From NCBI GenBank assembly GCA_963681965.1, contig OY820579.1, positions 576,001-640,000 on the forward strand: 64,000 bases of DNA, given 5' to 3'. The position numbers were made by a program, and so were the translations under genes. Below the pieces are notes generated by a model. The model saw only the letters and a list, made by a program, of their open reading frames with translations. It was not told where the DNA came from and made no database searches. Shown here one piece after another: positions 9,315-20,887 of the stretch. The stretch is from a bacterium. GTDB taxonomy: Bacteria; Electryoneota; JAOADG01. The number at the start of each line of letters is the position of its first letter. The stretch's first letter is position 1.

Positions 9315-10354
9315 ACAACCTCTTTCACCGTCCTCAAAACTTACGATCCACGATCCTCACTGGTATCGTGACACTCGTTCTCTGGTGGTTGGTTTATTCA
9401 CAACTAAAACCGTTTGCCGACTGGTTTGCCTATTCACTGTGCGGACTATCGGAGCATGAGCAACTCGGCTCTGCAATTGCCTTCTTTCTGTTTGAAGCAC
9501 CGAAAGTGCTGATGCTGCTCACGCTGATCGTGTTCTTCGTTGGAATTGTCCGCTCGTTTTTTACACCGGACCGCACTCGCCGAATACTGATCGGTAAGCG
9601 CGAAACTGCGGGAAATCTATTCGCTTCGCTCTTGGGCGTTGTCACACCATTCTGTTCCTGTTCGGCGGTGCCGCTCTTCATCGGTTTTGTCACGACCGGG
9701 GTACCACTCGGGGTGACATTTTCCTTTCTGATTTCGGCGCCGATGGTGAATGAGGTGGCACTGGTGCTGCTGTTCGGTCTGTTCGGCTGGAAAGTCGCCG
9801 GTCTCTATCTGGCAACCGGTCTGCTGATCGCCTTTTTCTCTGGTTGGATTATTGGAAAATTGAAATTGGAACGATGGGTCGAGAGCTGGGTGTATGAACT
9901 CCCATCCACTACCGAAGGGAGTCTGGAGGAGCAGATCGATTGGTCGGAGCGTATCGAAAAAGGGATCGATGCGGTAAAAGATATTGTCGGGAAAGTATGG
10001 TTGTATGTGTTGCTCGGAATCGCGGTCGGTGCTGGAATTCACGGCTATGTCCCGGAAAATTTCATGGCATCGATCATGGGAAAAGAGGCGTGGTGGTCGG
10101 TACCGGTAGCCGTATTGATCGGGATTCCGATGTACTCGAATGCGGCTGGCATTATCCCAGTGGTAGAAGCGCTGCTCGGAAAAGGTGCTGCGCTCGGAAC
10201 CGTACTCGCATTCATGATGGCGGTGATCGGCTTGTCGCTGCCGGAAACGATTATTCTCCGTAAAGTTTTACGCATCCCGCTGATTGCGACGTTTATCGCA
10301 GTGGTTGGATGTGGAATTTTGATCGTGGGTTATCTGTTCAATCTCATTCTTTAA
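9311..10354 (+). CDS. arsP: ArsP/DUF318 family permease
   Basis: TPFCSCSAVP, FLISAP, GIPMYSN and LSLPE motifs; ars context. Confidence 0.85.
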   Translation: MNNLFHRPQNLRSTILTGIVTLVLWWLVYSQLKPFADWFAYSLCGLSEHEQLGSAIAFFLFEAPKVLMLLTLIVFFVGIVRSFFTPDRTRRILIGKRETAGNLFASLLGVVTPFCSCSAVPLFIGFVTTGVPLGVTFSFLISAPMVNEVALVLLFGLFGWKVAGLYLATGLLIAFFSGWIIGKLKLERWVESWVYELPSTTEGSLEEQIDWSERIEKGIDAVKDIVGKVWLYVLLGIAVGAGIHGYVPENFMASIMGKEAWWSVPVAVLIGIPMYSNAAGIIPVVEALLGKGAALGTVLAFMMAVIGLSLPETIILRKVLRIPLIATFIAVVGCGILIVGYLFNLIL

Positions 10355-10371
10355 ATCATTCGGGAGTTACC

Positions 10372-10608
10372 ATGAAAAAGATCGAAGTACTCGGCAGCGG
10401 TTGTGCGAAATGCAAACAGCTTGAAATGAAAGTACGCGAATTATCCGCCGACAACGATATCGAGGCGAATATCGTGAAAGTGTCCGACATCAAAGAAATC
10501 ATGAAGTATGGTATTCTATCCACGCCCGGACTGGTGGTCGATGGTGAAGTGAAGTGGTCGGGTAGTATTCCGAAGGACGAGCAGATCCTAGCCTGGTTGA
10601 AAGGATAA
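10372..10608 (+). CDS. Small thioredoxin-like redox protein (MTH895 type)
   Basis: IEVLGSGCAKC..YGILSTPGLVVDG; GGAG RBS before ATG 10372. Confidence 0.88.
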   Translation: MKKIEVLGSGCAKCKQLEMKVRELSADNDIEANIVKVSDIKEIMKYGILSTPGLVVDGEVKWSGSIPKDEQILAWLKG

Positions 10609-10614
10609 TCTATC

Positions 10615-11037
10615 ATGAAACGAATCATTCTCTTGACACTCGTTTTGGTGATTGTTAATCTCTGTTTCGCGACGGAAACCGTTCCATCGAAAACAGCAGT
10701 TACACCCGATACGAGCGCAATCAAAAAAAATGAACCATTGGTAACATTCGTCGAACTCGGATCGGTGAATTGCGTACCGTGCAAACAGATGCAACCGGTA
10801 ATGAAAGCGATCGAAGAGAAGTACGGCGATCAGGTGAAGGTGGTTTTCCACGACGTCTGGAAGGAAGATCAAAAGAAATTCGCGAAAGAATTCAAAATCC
10901 GGATTATTCCAACACAAGTGTTTCTCGATGCCGCCGGTAAAGAATTTTTCCGACACGAAGGTTTTTATGCCGAAAAGGAAATCGATAAGTTGGTACAGGA
11001 AAAGGGTGCGAAACCTAAATCAGAAACTAAGGAATAG
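10615..11037 (+). CDS. Exported thioredoxin family protein
   Basis: Signal peptide, CVPC active site and the IPTQVFLD cis-Pro motif. Confidence 0.88.
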   Translation: MKRIILLTLVLVIVNLCFATETVPSKTAVTPDTSAIKKNEPLVTFVELGSVNCVPCKQMQPVMKAIEEKYGDQVKVVFHDVWKEDQKKFAKEFKIRIIPTQVFLDAAGKEFFRHEGFYAEKEIDKLVQEKGAKPKSETKE

Positions 11038-11040
11038 CGC

Positions 11041-11739
11041 GTGAATACGCTGTTTACTACTTTATCGGAGGCGATGTTCGCCAATATCGGAATCGCGATC
11101 GCGGCTTCCTTTGCATGGGGTATCCTGAGTATTCTGCTCAGTCCATGCCATTTGTCGAGTATACCGCTGATCGTTGGATTCTTAGCCAGCCAGAACAACT
11201 CATCTACGAAACGCAATCTCGGATTATCGCTGGTATTTGCCGCTGGTATTCTCCTGACAATCGCCTTGGTTGGATTGATTACTGCCATGATGGGGCGGAT
11301 GCTGGGCGATGTTGGACCTTATGGCAAGTATCTCGTCGCAGTGGTTTTCTTTGGGGTCGGATTGCACTTAATGGACATCTTGCACCTGCCCGATTTCAAA
11401 TTTGGATTGAAACCACTCGCGACTTCATCCGCTTACTTGCGTGCATTAGGACTCGGCATCGTGTTCGGTTTTGCACTGGGACCATGCACTTTCGCATTCA
11501 TGGCACCGGTGCTCGGTGTCGTATTCAATCTTGCCAGCAGCAATCCGCTGGGCGCTGGAATTTTGTTGTTCGCTTTCGCGCTGGGACACTGCGTCGTGAT
11601 TGTCGTGGTGGGAATGTTAACCACGAGGATTCAGGTATATCTCGATTGGACGAATCGCTCGAACACGATTATCTGGATCAAGCGGATCGCAGGTGTGCTG
11701 GTGATTCTGGGCGGGATCTATCTGGTAATGAACGCGTAA
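11041..11739 (+). CDS. ccdA: CcdA/DsbD-like transmembrane electron transporter
   Basis: LLSPCHL and LGPCTF cysteine pair; six TM helices. Confidence 0.85.
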   Translation: MNTLFTTLSEAMFANIGIAIAASFAWGILSILLSPCHLSSIPLIVGFLASQNNSSTKRNLGLSLVFAAGILLTIALVGLITAMMGRMLGDVGPYGKYLVAVVFFGVGLHLMDILHLPDFKFGLKPLATSSAYLRALGLGIVFGFALGPCTFAFMAPVLGVVFNLASSNPLGAGILLFAFALGHCVVIVVVGMLTTRIQVYLDWTNRSNTIIWIKRIAGVLVILGGIYLVMNA

Positions 11740-11847
11740 ATATTTCTATGCATTAGATCATATTCGCTATTCACTTTTCGACTGAATACTATTGATTGGA
11801 GCAATTGAATTTTCATTCTTCGCTACCGAACGTAAGGAGAAATTCCA

Positions 11848-12462
11848 ATGCGACTTGAAGTAATTATCTTGCTTTGGCTGCTCTATTGTGTTATTCACAG
11901 CGGTTTGATTTCAATAACGGTATCACGAAAACTGCAACATTGGATGGGTACCCATTACCGCTTTTACCGGCTCTACTACAACCTCTTTTCCCTACTCACA
12001 TTGATCGGTTTGATCTACTTCACCAATGAACCGCGACGCGAGTTGATACTTGTTTGGTCGGGGTATTATCATCTAATCCAAATTGCATTGACTGCGATTG
12101 CAGTAGTTATCCTAGTGTTGGGAGGACGCAGTTACAATTTAAAATACATGCTCGGGATCGAGCAGATTCGAAATTATCAACCGGAGAAACTTCAATCCGA
12201 CAGCCCGATTGTCGCGACCGGAATTCTTGGATTTGTCCGCCATCCCTGGTACTTGGGAGTGCTAATTTTACTCTGGATGAGCAATCAGGATATCACCTCG
12301 ATGATTGTAAATGGGATCTTGAGTCTTTATCTGGTGGTTGGCTCCATTCTCGAAGAGCGGAAGTTGGTAGCAGAATTCGGTTCCGCATATCGGGAGTACC
12401 AATCTCACGTATCGATGCTTTTTCCTTGGAAATGGTTGAAAGCGGCAATACACAATGGGTAG
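11848..12462 (+). CDS. NnrU/ICMT-like membrane methyltransferase (MddA-like)
   Basis: IHS..YR..YN N-terminus, VRHPWYLG, and EERKLVAEFG.AY.EY...V.MLFP. Confidence 0.75.
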   Translation: MRLEVIILLWLLYCVIHSGLISITVSRKLQHWMGTHYRFYRLYYNLFSLLTLIGLIYFTNEPRRELILVWSGYYHLIQIALTAIAVVILVLGGRSYNLKYMLGIEQIRNYQPEKLQSDSPIVATGILGFVRHPWYLGVLILLWMSNQDITSMIVNGILSLYLVVGSILEERKLVAEFGSAYREYQSHVSMLFPWKWLKAAIHNG

Positions 12463-12516
12463 ACGAGTGAACTCCAACATTCGAATGAAGACAACAAATA
12501 TCAATCGGGAGCAGCC

Positions 12517-13569
12517 ATGACCAAACCGCAGCGCTTGTCGTTTCTCGACCGCTTTCTGACACTCTGGATCTTTCTGGCGATGGCGGTCGGAATCGGTATC
12601 GGTGTGCTGGTTCCTGCATTTACCGAAGCGATCACCTCGCTGTCGGTCGGTACGACGTCGATTCCGATTGCAATCGGACTCATCCTAATGATGTATCCGC
12701 CACTCGCGAAAGTACGATACGAGGAACTCGGCGAAGTATTCCGCAACTGGCGCGTGCTGCTGCTATCGCTTGTACAAAATTGGATTGTCGGACCAATCTT
12801 GATGTTTGGACTTGCGATTCTATTTCTGCGCGATTATCCCGAATACATGACTGGACTCATTTTGATCGGTCTCGCGCGGTGTATTGCGATGGTGATTGTC
12901 TGGAACGATCTCGCCAAAGGAAATCCGGAATATGCCGCCGGACTCGTGGCGTTCAATTCGATTTTTCAGGTGCTGTTCTATTCAGTGTATGCGTACTACT
13001 TTATCACCGTGTTGCCGCAGACCTTCGGGATGACGGGTTACGAAGTTCATATCACCATCGGACAGATTGCCGAAAGCGTATTCATCTATCTCGGAATTCC
13101 ATTTATTGCCGGATTCTTGACGCGATTTATTTTGATTCGCATCAAGAGCAAAGAGTGGTATCACCGGGTATTTATTCCGAAAATCAGTCCGATTACGCTG
13201 ATCGCGCTGCTGTTCACGATCATCGTGATGTTTTCGCTGAAAGGGGATCGCATACTTGCACTTCCGTTCGATGTCGTCCGAATCGCAATTCCGCTGATTA
13301 TCTATTTTGTAGTGATGTTCTTTGTCTCATTTGCGATGAGCAAGAAAGCCGGTGCCGACTATTCGAAGAGTTGCACGCTTTCGTTTACGGCGGCGTCGAA
13401 TAATTTCGAATTGGCGATTGCAGTGGCGGTGGGGGTATTCGGAATTCATTCCGGAGCCGCGTTTGCCGCGGTGATTGGACCATTGGTGGAAGTGCCGGTG
13501 TTGATTTTGCTGGTGAATGCCGCGCTCTGGATTCAGCGGAAATATTTTGCAGAAGGAAAAACGGCATGA
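12517..13569 (+). CDS. acr3: Acr3 arsenite efflux transporter
   Basis: [41 protein letters not shown] and GPLVEVP motifs. Confidence 0.95.
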   Translation: MTKPQRLSFLDRFLTLWIFLAMAVGIGIGVLVPAFTEAITSLSVGTTSIPIAIGLILMMYPPLAKVRYEELGEVFRNWRVLLLSLVQNWIVGPILMFGLAILFLRDYPEYMTGLILIGLARCIAMVIVWNDLAKGNPEYAAGLVAFNSIFQVLFYSVYAYYFITVLPQTFGMTGYEVHITIGQIAESVFIYLGIPFIAGFLTRFILIRIKSKEWYHRVFIPKISPITLIALLFTIIVMFSLKGDRILALPFDVVRIAIPLIIYFVVMFFVSFAMSKKAGADYSKSCTLSFTAASNNFELAIAVAVGVFGIHSGAAFAAVIGPLVEVPVLILLVNAALWIQRKYFAEGKTA

Positions 13570-13985
13570 TCCGAAAAGTACTCGTACTCTGTACCGGAAA
13601 TTCCTGTCGCAGTATCATGGCAGAAGCGCTGATCAATCATGTTCTCGGCGACCGTTGGCAAGCCTTCTCCGCCGGCGTGGAACCGTCGCGGGTCAATCCA
13701 CGCGCAATTCAAGTGATGGCGGAAATCGGCATCGATATCAGCGGTGCGCATTCGAAATCGGTGGATGAATTCCTCGATCGCGACGATCTCGATCTGGTGA
13801 TTACGGTGTGCGATCATGCGAAGGAGTCGTGTCCGTTGTTCCCGAAACCGGTGCGACGCATTCATATCAGTTTTCCCGATCCCGCGCCGTTCACCGATGA
13901 GCCGGATGACGTGGCGCTGCAGGAGTTCAGGAAGGTGAGGGAGGAAATTCGAGACAAATTGCTTGAGCTACTAAGCAAGATGTGA
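13566..13985 (+). CDS. arsC: Thioredoxin-coupled arsenate reductase (LMW-PTP fold)
   Basis: [16 protein letters not shown] and FPDP motifs. Confidence 0.93.
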   Translation: MIRKVLVLCTGNSCRSIMAEALINHVLGDRWQAFSAGVEPSRVNPRAIQVMAEIGIDISGAHSKSVDEFLDRDDLDLVITVCDHAKESCPLFPKPVRRIHISFPDPAPFTDEPDDVALQEFRKVREEIRDKLLELLSKM

Positions 13986-14011
13986 TTATTCGGAGTACCT
14001 TTGAATAACAA

Positions 14012-14035
14012 CCGGCGGAGCTTTCACTCCGCCGG
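14012..14035. terminator. Hairpin between convergent genes
   Basis: CCGGCGGAG-ctttca-CTCCGCCGG. Confidence 0.65.
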
Positions 14036-14057
14036 CTTCTATTCATGAAGAGATTAC

Positions 14058-16097
14058 CTATTCCTGCGGTAACGGTGGAACGGTCGCCGCGTAGGGGCTC
14101 TCGGCGAGTGGTGCCGGAGGCAGTGCCGCAGATGGTTCCGGCGGTAAAACATCTTTCGGAGACAGTGTCGGTGCGAATTTCTTGATCAACGTCGCCGCCA
14201 ATCCTTCGAGTGCACCACCACCTCCACCGCCCATCACGAGCACTTCGGGAACAAACCGCTGGTTCCCCTTCCCTTCGGCAAGCGCCGTCACAATGTTCAC
14301 GCCGGCAGTTGCTTCCTTGCCCAATGCTTCGACCTGCGCCTTGTACGCTTTCGCCTTGGCAAGACCGACCGCTTCAACTTCCGCCGATTTCGCGGCACCG
14401 GTTTCGCGGATGTAGGTCGCTTCACCATCGGCACGCGCCTTGTTGGCGTTGGCGTTGTTCCGCTCGATGTCGACATTGACACTCGATTGCGCCAGCTTCG
14501 ATTGCATATCCGCCGTACCCTTGGCATGTTCGGTCTGGATACGTTGATCCTGCGCTTCACGCTGCTTCTTGAAGGTTTCGACTTCCTGCGAGGCAATTTC
14601 GCGCTGCGTCAACACGGTTACCAGTGCTTCCGGCAACACCACATCCTGAATATAGACACCCTTCGCCTCGACATCGTATTGACTGAGCTGGTTGCGAATG
14701 TGCTCGAATGCCTCTTCCTGCACTTGTTGACGCGTCTGGATGAATTTTACCGCCGGCATACTCTGCAACTTGTCGCGGAAGTGATTGCCGACCGCAGCCT
14801 GCAACACTTCGTTCACCAGATTTTGCATCGTTCCGACCATCGAAATCACGCGCGGTGCACGCGTATCGGGCACATGAATCTGCACTTGCAGGTCGATTTT
14901 AAAGACAAACCCTTCGCAGCTTTTCGCCGTGATCTGACTGAGTTGCCGGTCGAGATTGTGCGCCTGCGACACTTCATTCGCCCAGTTCAGCGTCAGGATT
15001 GCGGTCGGCACCAATTCCGATTGATAACAGCGCGGATTGATCGGGTACTTGCCGGTACGCAACGGTTCCCGCCAGATACCACGATGCCCCGGCACGACTA
15101 ATGAGCCGTATTTAAATTGATCGCCGGACGTATCCTGCGTGACCAATCCGACATACGATTTGATAACCGCTACTTCGCCCTGTTTGACGACCAGCATCGG
15201 TACCATTTCTACCGCGACGAGGAATGGATTCAGCGTAAATTCACCATACATCAAGGTATCGTGCTGCAAACCGATCCGACCGCCGTGATCGAGGAATGCT
15301 TGGAAATCCTGATAGTTGTTGTGCAATTTATTCTTGTGTCCGAGCAACACTTCGATGATTTCGGCATCGTTTTGACCGGATTTCTCCATCACGCCGATAT
15401 CCTCGAATCCGCCCAAACGGCTGGAGATATCGCCCGATGGCAACGGTTCCCCTTCAAAAGTGGTAACGATACCAACCATATCGATGATCTGACCGCCCTG
15501 CGTTTGCTGCGGTTGAATCTTGACCAGATCGAGTTGCTCGGCATTCAGTCCGAACGATTGCGGCAGCAATCGCCCATCGCGATTCTGGCGCTTTTTGAGA
15601 TCGGGCGAGACCGGTAGACCATACACCTGATTCTTGGTGATCACGAGAAATGCAACCGGATGAATTGGCGCCAATGTTCCCGGAGGCAGTACCGGACGTT
15701 GCACACCCTTTTCGCCATTCAATTCGATGAACGACTTCAGGTTGGTATAACTACTGAAGCGCGGATCGTAGCGCGCCGATTTGGCACCGATCGGAAGCGG
15801 TTTACCGATTTGCGCGATAATGACACCGATTTCACCGGCGGGAACCTGCACCCACGGGAATTTATCGACGCGGTACAGAATCCAGAATTTGAATCGCCAG
15901 CCCGGCATCAATAAATTCGCCTGATAACCAGCTTCGCCATTGAATGCAATCGGGTTGTCTTCCGATAGTTTCTTTCCGGAGAAACGCTTGGTGATAAGTC
16001 CTACCTCGGTCGGTCCGATACTCCGGAGCGACGGGAAGAACAAAATCGCGAATAGAACAACTCCCCAAAAAATCGTAAAACCAATGAGGCCTAACAT
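14058..16097 (-). CDS. SPFH/band-7 (flotillin-like) protein with four repeated N-terminal modules
   Basis: N-terminal TM helix, four G-x2-G-x5-L-x2-G units, SPFH core (ITAKSCEGFVFKIDLQV..YIQDVVLP), Ala/Glu-rich coiled coil and Pro-rich tail. Confidence 0.82.
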   Translation of the reverse strand: MLGLIGFTIFWGVVLFAILFFPSLRSIGPTEVGLITKRFSGKKLSEDNPIAFNGEAGYQANLLMPGWRFKFWILYRVDKFPWVQVPAGEIGVIIAQIGKPLPIGAKSARYDPRFSSYTNLKSFIELNGEKGVQRPVLPPGTLAPIHPVAFLVITKNQVYGLPVSPDLKKRQNRDGRLLPQSFGLNAEQLDLVKIQPQQTQGGQIIDMVGIVTTFEGEPLPSGDISSRLGGFEDIGVMEKSGQNDAEIIEVLLGHKNKLHNNYQDFQAFLDHGGRIGLQHDTLMYGEFTLNPFLVAVEMVPMLVVKQGEVAVIKSYVGLVTQDTSGDQFKYGSLVVPGHRGIWREPLRTGKYPINPRCYQSELVPTAILTLNWANEVSQAHNLDRQLSQITAKSCEGFVFKIDLQVQIHVPDTRAPRVISMVGTMQNLVNEVLQAAVGNHFRDKLQSMPAVKFIQTRQQVQEEAFEHIRNQLSQYDVEAKGVYIQDVVLPEALVTVLTQREIASQEVETFKKQREAQDQRIQTEHAKGTADMQSKLAQSSVNVDIERNNANANKARADGEATYIRETGAAKSAEVEAVGLAKAKAYKAQVEALGKEATAGVNIVTALAEGKGNQRFVPEVLVMGGGGGGALEGLAATLIKKFAPTLSPKDVLPPEPSAALPPAPLAESPYAATVPPLPQE

Positions 16098-16368
16098 TTA
16101 CTTACTCCTTTCGAAGCAGTCGCCGAAAAACGGCAAGCGGCAGCTTGAGATGTGATGCTTTTGTGTGATGAAAGATGAAAAATGGATTTCTAGATCTTTT
16201 TGGTTTATCCTATAAGGTAACTCGTAATATTAGTGGTGAAGAACTAGTTGCAAGTTGCAGCTCGAAATTTTTCGTAATTGCTTACTCGTAATTAGTAGCA
16301 ACCACACAGATACTAACAATCTAACTATAATATTATCAATTACATATGTTTACTTGTGGAGTAAGATA

Positions 16369-16800
16369 ATGCTGGGGAAAGCGATTCAATTATCCGTCTC
16401 GGAGATTCGCGTGAACCAACCTGATCGAGGTTGGTTATTACAATTGATGCCGATCATACAACCGTATCTCGACGATATTAACGATATTCATATTGTCACT
16501 TTGGAGCCGGGCATCGTTCGTGGAAATCATTATCACCGTCAAGGAACGGAAGTACTGATTCCTTTAAGCGATCAGATGACGATTGCGTGGCAGGAAGGTG
16601 ATACGAAAACAGAAGTCGCATCGAAAGACGGCAACACAATTTTCATTTTTCCACCGGAAGTACCGCATGCGATCCGCAATGATTCGCCAATTACAGCAAG
16701 GTTGATTGCAATCGGTAATCGGGCATTCGATCCGGATTATCCCGATCGTTTTGCATTTCCACTGCTAACGGAAATGCGACCAGCGAATAAAAAGGTTTAA
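16369..16800 (+). CDS. Cupin-fold protein (WxcM/CapF C-terminal-like)
   Basis: PG.VRGNHYH..TE and PPEVPHAIRN cupin motifs; ATG at 16369. Confidence 0.75.
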   Translation: MLGKAIQLSVSEIRVNQPDRGWLLQLMPIIQPYLDDINDIHIVTLEPGIVRGNHYHRQGTEVLIPLSDQMTIAWQEGDTKTEVASKDGNTIFIFPPEVPHAIRNDSPITARLIAIGNRAFDPDYPDRFAFPLLTEMRPANKKV

Positions 16801-16810
16801 TCAGAATGGA

Positions 16811-19800
16811 TTAATTGGTCGAGTTCTCAAAATATGTTTCGGGATACAATTTCTTCAAGCAATCGGGGCAGATACTATGCGTGAATTGTGCCGTGGAGTG
16901 TTCGGTGATATACTGCTCGATCTGTCCCCAATAGCCACGGTCGTCGCGGATCTTCTTGCAATTCGAACAGATCGGAAGCAAACCGCTTAACTTTCGAACT
17001 TCCGACAATGCCACCTGCAGTTCTTGAATCAACTTTTCCCGCTCCGCTTCGACATTTTTTTGCCAAGTGATGTTTCGACAACTGATACGTCGACCATTGG
17101 TATTTCCTTCGGAATCGACAACTCTTACACAAGAGTGATGAATCCAGACGAGATCTCCTGATTTGTGGACAATTCGGTAAATAATGTGGCGAGCATTTTC
17201 ATCTTCACGGGCGGTACAATTGTGTTCTTCGAAAAGTTTCCGATCTTCCGACCAAACGATTTGAGCCAGTAAAGTCGGTTGTGCGAGAAATTCCTCGCGA
17301 GAATATCCCGTTACCGCTTCGCACGATGGTGAAGTGTAAAGAAGATTGCCGTCGTTGTCGACCCATAATTCCCAGTCGAAAGTAAAATCGGCGATTGTGC
17401 GGAATTTTTCTTCTTTGTCGCGCAATGCTTGTTCCATCGATTCGCGATCGGTCACATCATGGATAATCGCAAACAACACCGTCTTTCCACCAGTCACCAA
17501 TGGCGAAAAGTGTACTTCGACAATTCGCGATTCGCCATTTGCCAAACGGTGATTGAAAATAAATCGGTTCTTCTCTTTCCGCATTGCTTGGATTCGAACC
17601 GCCTTCGCTTCTTCGCGCGAAAAGGTGTTGACGTCCTGAGTCGTCATCGTTTTCAACTGTTCGCGAACAAATCCGTAGAACTTCTCGGCGGCGTTGTTGG
17701 CATCAAGAATCCGTCCGGATTCCGGGTCGATTAAAGCCATAATTGCGTCATGATGCTCGAACATATTCCGGAATTGTTCTTCGCTAGAGCGGAGACTGTC
17801 TTCGACCGTCTTTTTAGCAGTTATATCGGTCACAACGCCATTGGTAATAATCGGTTCTTGCTTCGAACCATACTCGTACGATTTTGAATCGTGCATCCAT
17901 CGATACGATCCGTCGGGCATTTTAATCCGATATTCGCATTGCAATACTTCATCTGGATTCGCACGTTCCAGCAATCCTTAATCATCTTGTCGATTACTAA
18001 CTGATCGTCGGGATGGGTGATCTCTAGTATTACTTTGGAAGGATCGCGAACAAATGTTTCGAATGGAATTCCGGTCATTTTTTCGATCGACGGCGAAATA
18101 AATTCGTAGCGATTTTCCCGTTGATTGTAGCGGTACACAACATCGTTGATTTTATTCAAGAACTTATTGAATTTCGCTTCGCTTTCACGGAGTGCTTGTT
18201 CGGTTTGCTTAATTTCGGTCACATCGCGAATAACGCCGTTTATTACGATCGGTTTGCCACGACTGTCATATTCGTACGTCTTCCAATCGAGCAACCATCG
18301 GTAAGTGCCATCTGGTTTTACCACCCGGTATTCGAGTTGTAACGGTCGTTTGCTTGGTCCTTTGGTGTGGAATTCTTCAATTTCTACCCACGTCCTGTCC
18401 CAATCGGTCGGATGGGTACACATTTGCGTATACCGTCGCGGATCTTGTAGTAATTTCTCTAGCGGAATGCCTAATAACTGTGCCGTCGAAGGCGAGATAA
18501 AATCGTAAGAATTCGAATCGATGTTGTACCGATATACAGCATCGTTTACGGTATTTAAAAATCCGTTGAAGCGCTCCTCACTGGACCGCAACTCCATCTC
18601 GATGCGTTGCCGATCGAGAACTTCTTCACGTGAATCGCGATACAATGTCGCATTGTTAACGGTAACGGCGATTTGTGCGGCAATTGATTCCGCCATACGC
18701 AATTTCTCGGAATCAAAAGCATTGGAATGGGAACTGAATATTTGCACAATTCCGGTCGCTCGATTGGCAAGCAATAAGGGAACCACGATCGCGGAACGCA
18801 TTACCGAATTGGTTCGATCGGATATAGCAGACGTATTTTCCAAATCATCACTGTAGATCACTTTATTGGGAGCAACCTGCGAATTGTAATCTGCAATGAT
18901 CGTAGATTCTTTCGATTTAATTACCGTTGCTTGAATTCCCTTACCATCGAAAACTAACGGTAATTCGGGAAATTGCGAGACATCGATCCAATTATTGTCG
19001 CTATAGTAAGCGCGACACTTTATGGTTTGATGTTGCTCGTTATAGGTTGAAATCGAAATGGAATCGCAGTCCATACACTGCCCGATCAACTGACGTGCAG
19101 TCTCGTAGATTTCAGCCGACTCCAGCGTGTTCCCCAATTGGATTGTGGCTCGGTAAAAACGATTGGTTCGATCGGTTGCTTCCCGAAGTTGCACCTCGGC
19201 TCGTTTACGATCGGTAATATCGAACATCGTTCCGATCCGAACATGCCGACGCTCCAGCCAAAAACCGGTTTTTTCAATACACTGAAACCATTGACCGGTA
19301 TTCTCTTGGTAAATTTCTGTTTGCGTTACATTGGAAATCCAGTTGATATTGGATCGGTCCGAGCGATTAAATCCGATGTACTTTAACTCGGATGCCAGTG
19401 CGTAAAAATCGCGTCCGATGTTCTCGACACCGAAAACATTTTTTCCCGGAATGTTTAAGTGGACGAGTTTTCCCGTTTCAGATTCGAAAACATAAACAAT
19501 CGATTCTAAGTTGTCGAATATTTCGAGCAATTGTTTATTGAAACTATCGCGTCGATGTAGCTGCAAACCGCGCAAAACAATCAGGCTGGCGTGGAAGAGT
19601 GCCATGATGGAAACAATCAATATCATTAACTGAATTTCCATCCAGAGCTGTATTTGGTGGTTTTGATCGAATCCCAGATGGTCTAACACCGACACTTGCT
19701 GTCCCAAGCGCGCAACTACGATCGCTAGATTGGCAAGTACAGCACCGGGAAGCGCAAACCGAGCCGATACAAACAATAACAACACAACCAGAGTAAATTT

Positions 19801-20472
19801 TCCAACCCATGCGAATTGACCCGATTCACCGGAAACCAGCCAAGTTAAAAAAAATACTGTCAGAATTAAGACGGCAATTTCCGATATTTTTCGAATTCGA
19901 TTGGTGCTGATACCGCGTAGATAATATTTTTCTCCCACCAAAATCAGTGGGGCAAAAATAACGATACCGATTAAATCGGCGAACCACCATATTATCCAGG
20001 ATTGCCAAATATTCTGCGAAAACATAAAAGAAATTGTTAGTATCGCGCCGAAAGTAGCAGCAAGCATTGTACTGAAAATTGAAAAACCGAGAAAAATGAA
20101 TAGATTTTTGGGCTTGTCAATTTCAATCTTGTCGCCGAGGATTTTTCGGATTGCATATGCTGCCAATCCTGCTTCGATCGCATTGACAACAAAAAATGCC
20201 AACGCAATGAAGATGGATCGATGAATCGTCGTGAAGTAGAAAATCTGTGCGATACCAGCCGCGAGGAATAACCACTTCCAATTCCGGAAAGGTGCGAGCA
20301 GTAGTACGGACAAGAATAAACCACTTGCCGGCCAAATGACTTCGGTTTGGGATGTTTGATTGGTAAGAAACGAACAAAGGTAACAGCAGAAAAAATATGT
20401 GACACCGAAAATCGTCGTCTGAAACCAGAATGGATAAGGATTTCGAGTAGTGGTGCCGGAAACCATCTGCAC
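16811..20472 (-). pseudogene. MASE1-PAS-GAF-multi-PAS sensor with C-terminal CxxC..CxxC domain, split by a 1-nt frameshift near 17975
   Basis: ORF 17830-20472 leaves PAS register after HPDDQLVIDKMIKD. ORF 16811-17974 resumes it (LLERAN..EYRIKMPDGSYRW). The coding strand reads AAG GAT TG CTG, one base short. Confidence 0.75.
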
Positions 20473-20887
20473 GAGACTCCCAGTGTTCAGTGATATGTTG
20501 CTAAGGTCACTTCAATTTACTGTAACTAGCTGAAGTTAATTGTTTCCTTCTCTTACAATATAACTCGGATACGTTTTTTAGCAACAGAAAAATAGCAATA
20601 AAGTAATTTTTCGGGATATTTGTTCATCTCTACCCCTTTTGAATCGCATCGTATTCGAAGCCTCTTCGTGAAACATTTTACATACTTTTTGGGTTTCCCT
20701 GCTAGCACCGTGATCAATCGAAAAGATGAACAACTTGGATTGAAACAGAACATTACATTTTTAAGATCGGGATATTGACGCATTTACGCGGAATAAATCA
20801 AATTCGACCCAGTTTCAGGTAAAAACTATTTCCATCGCTGACCATAGCGTAATTATATTATACCGATCGATATTCTGGAATTTACCT

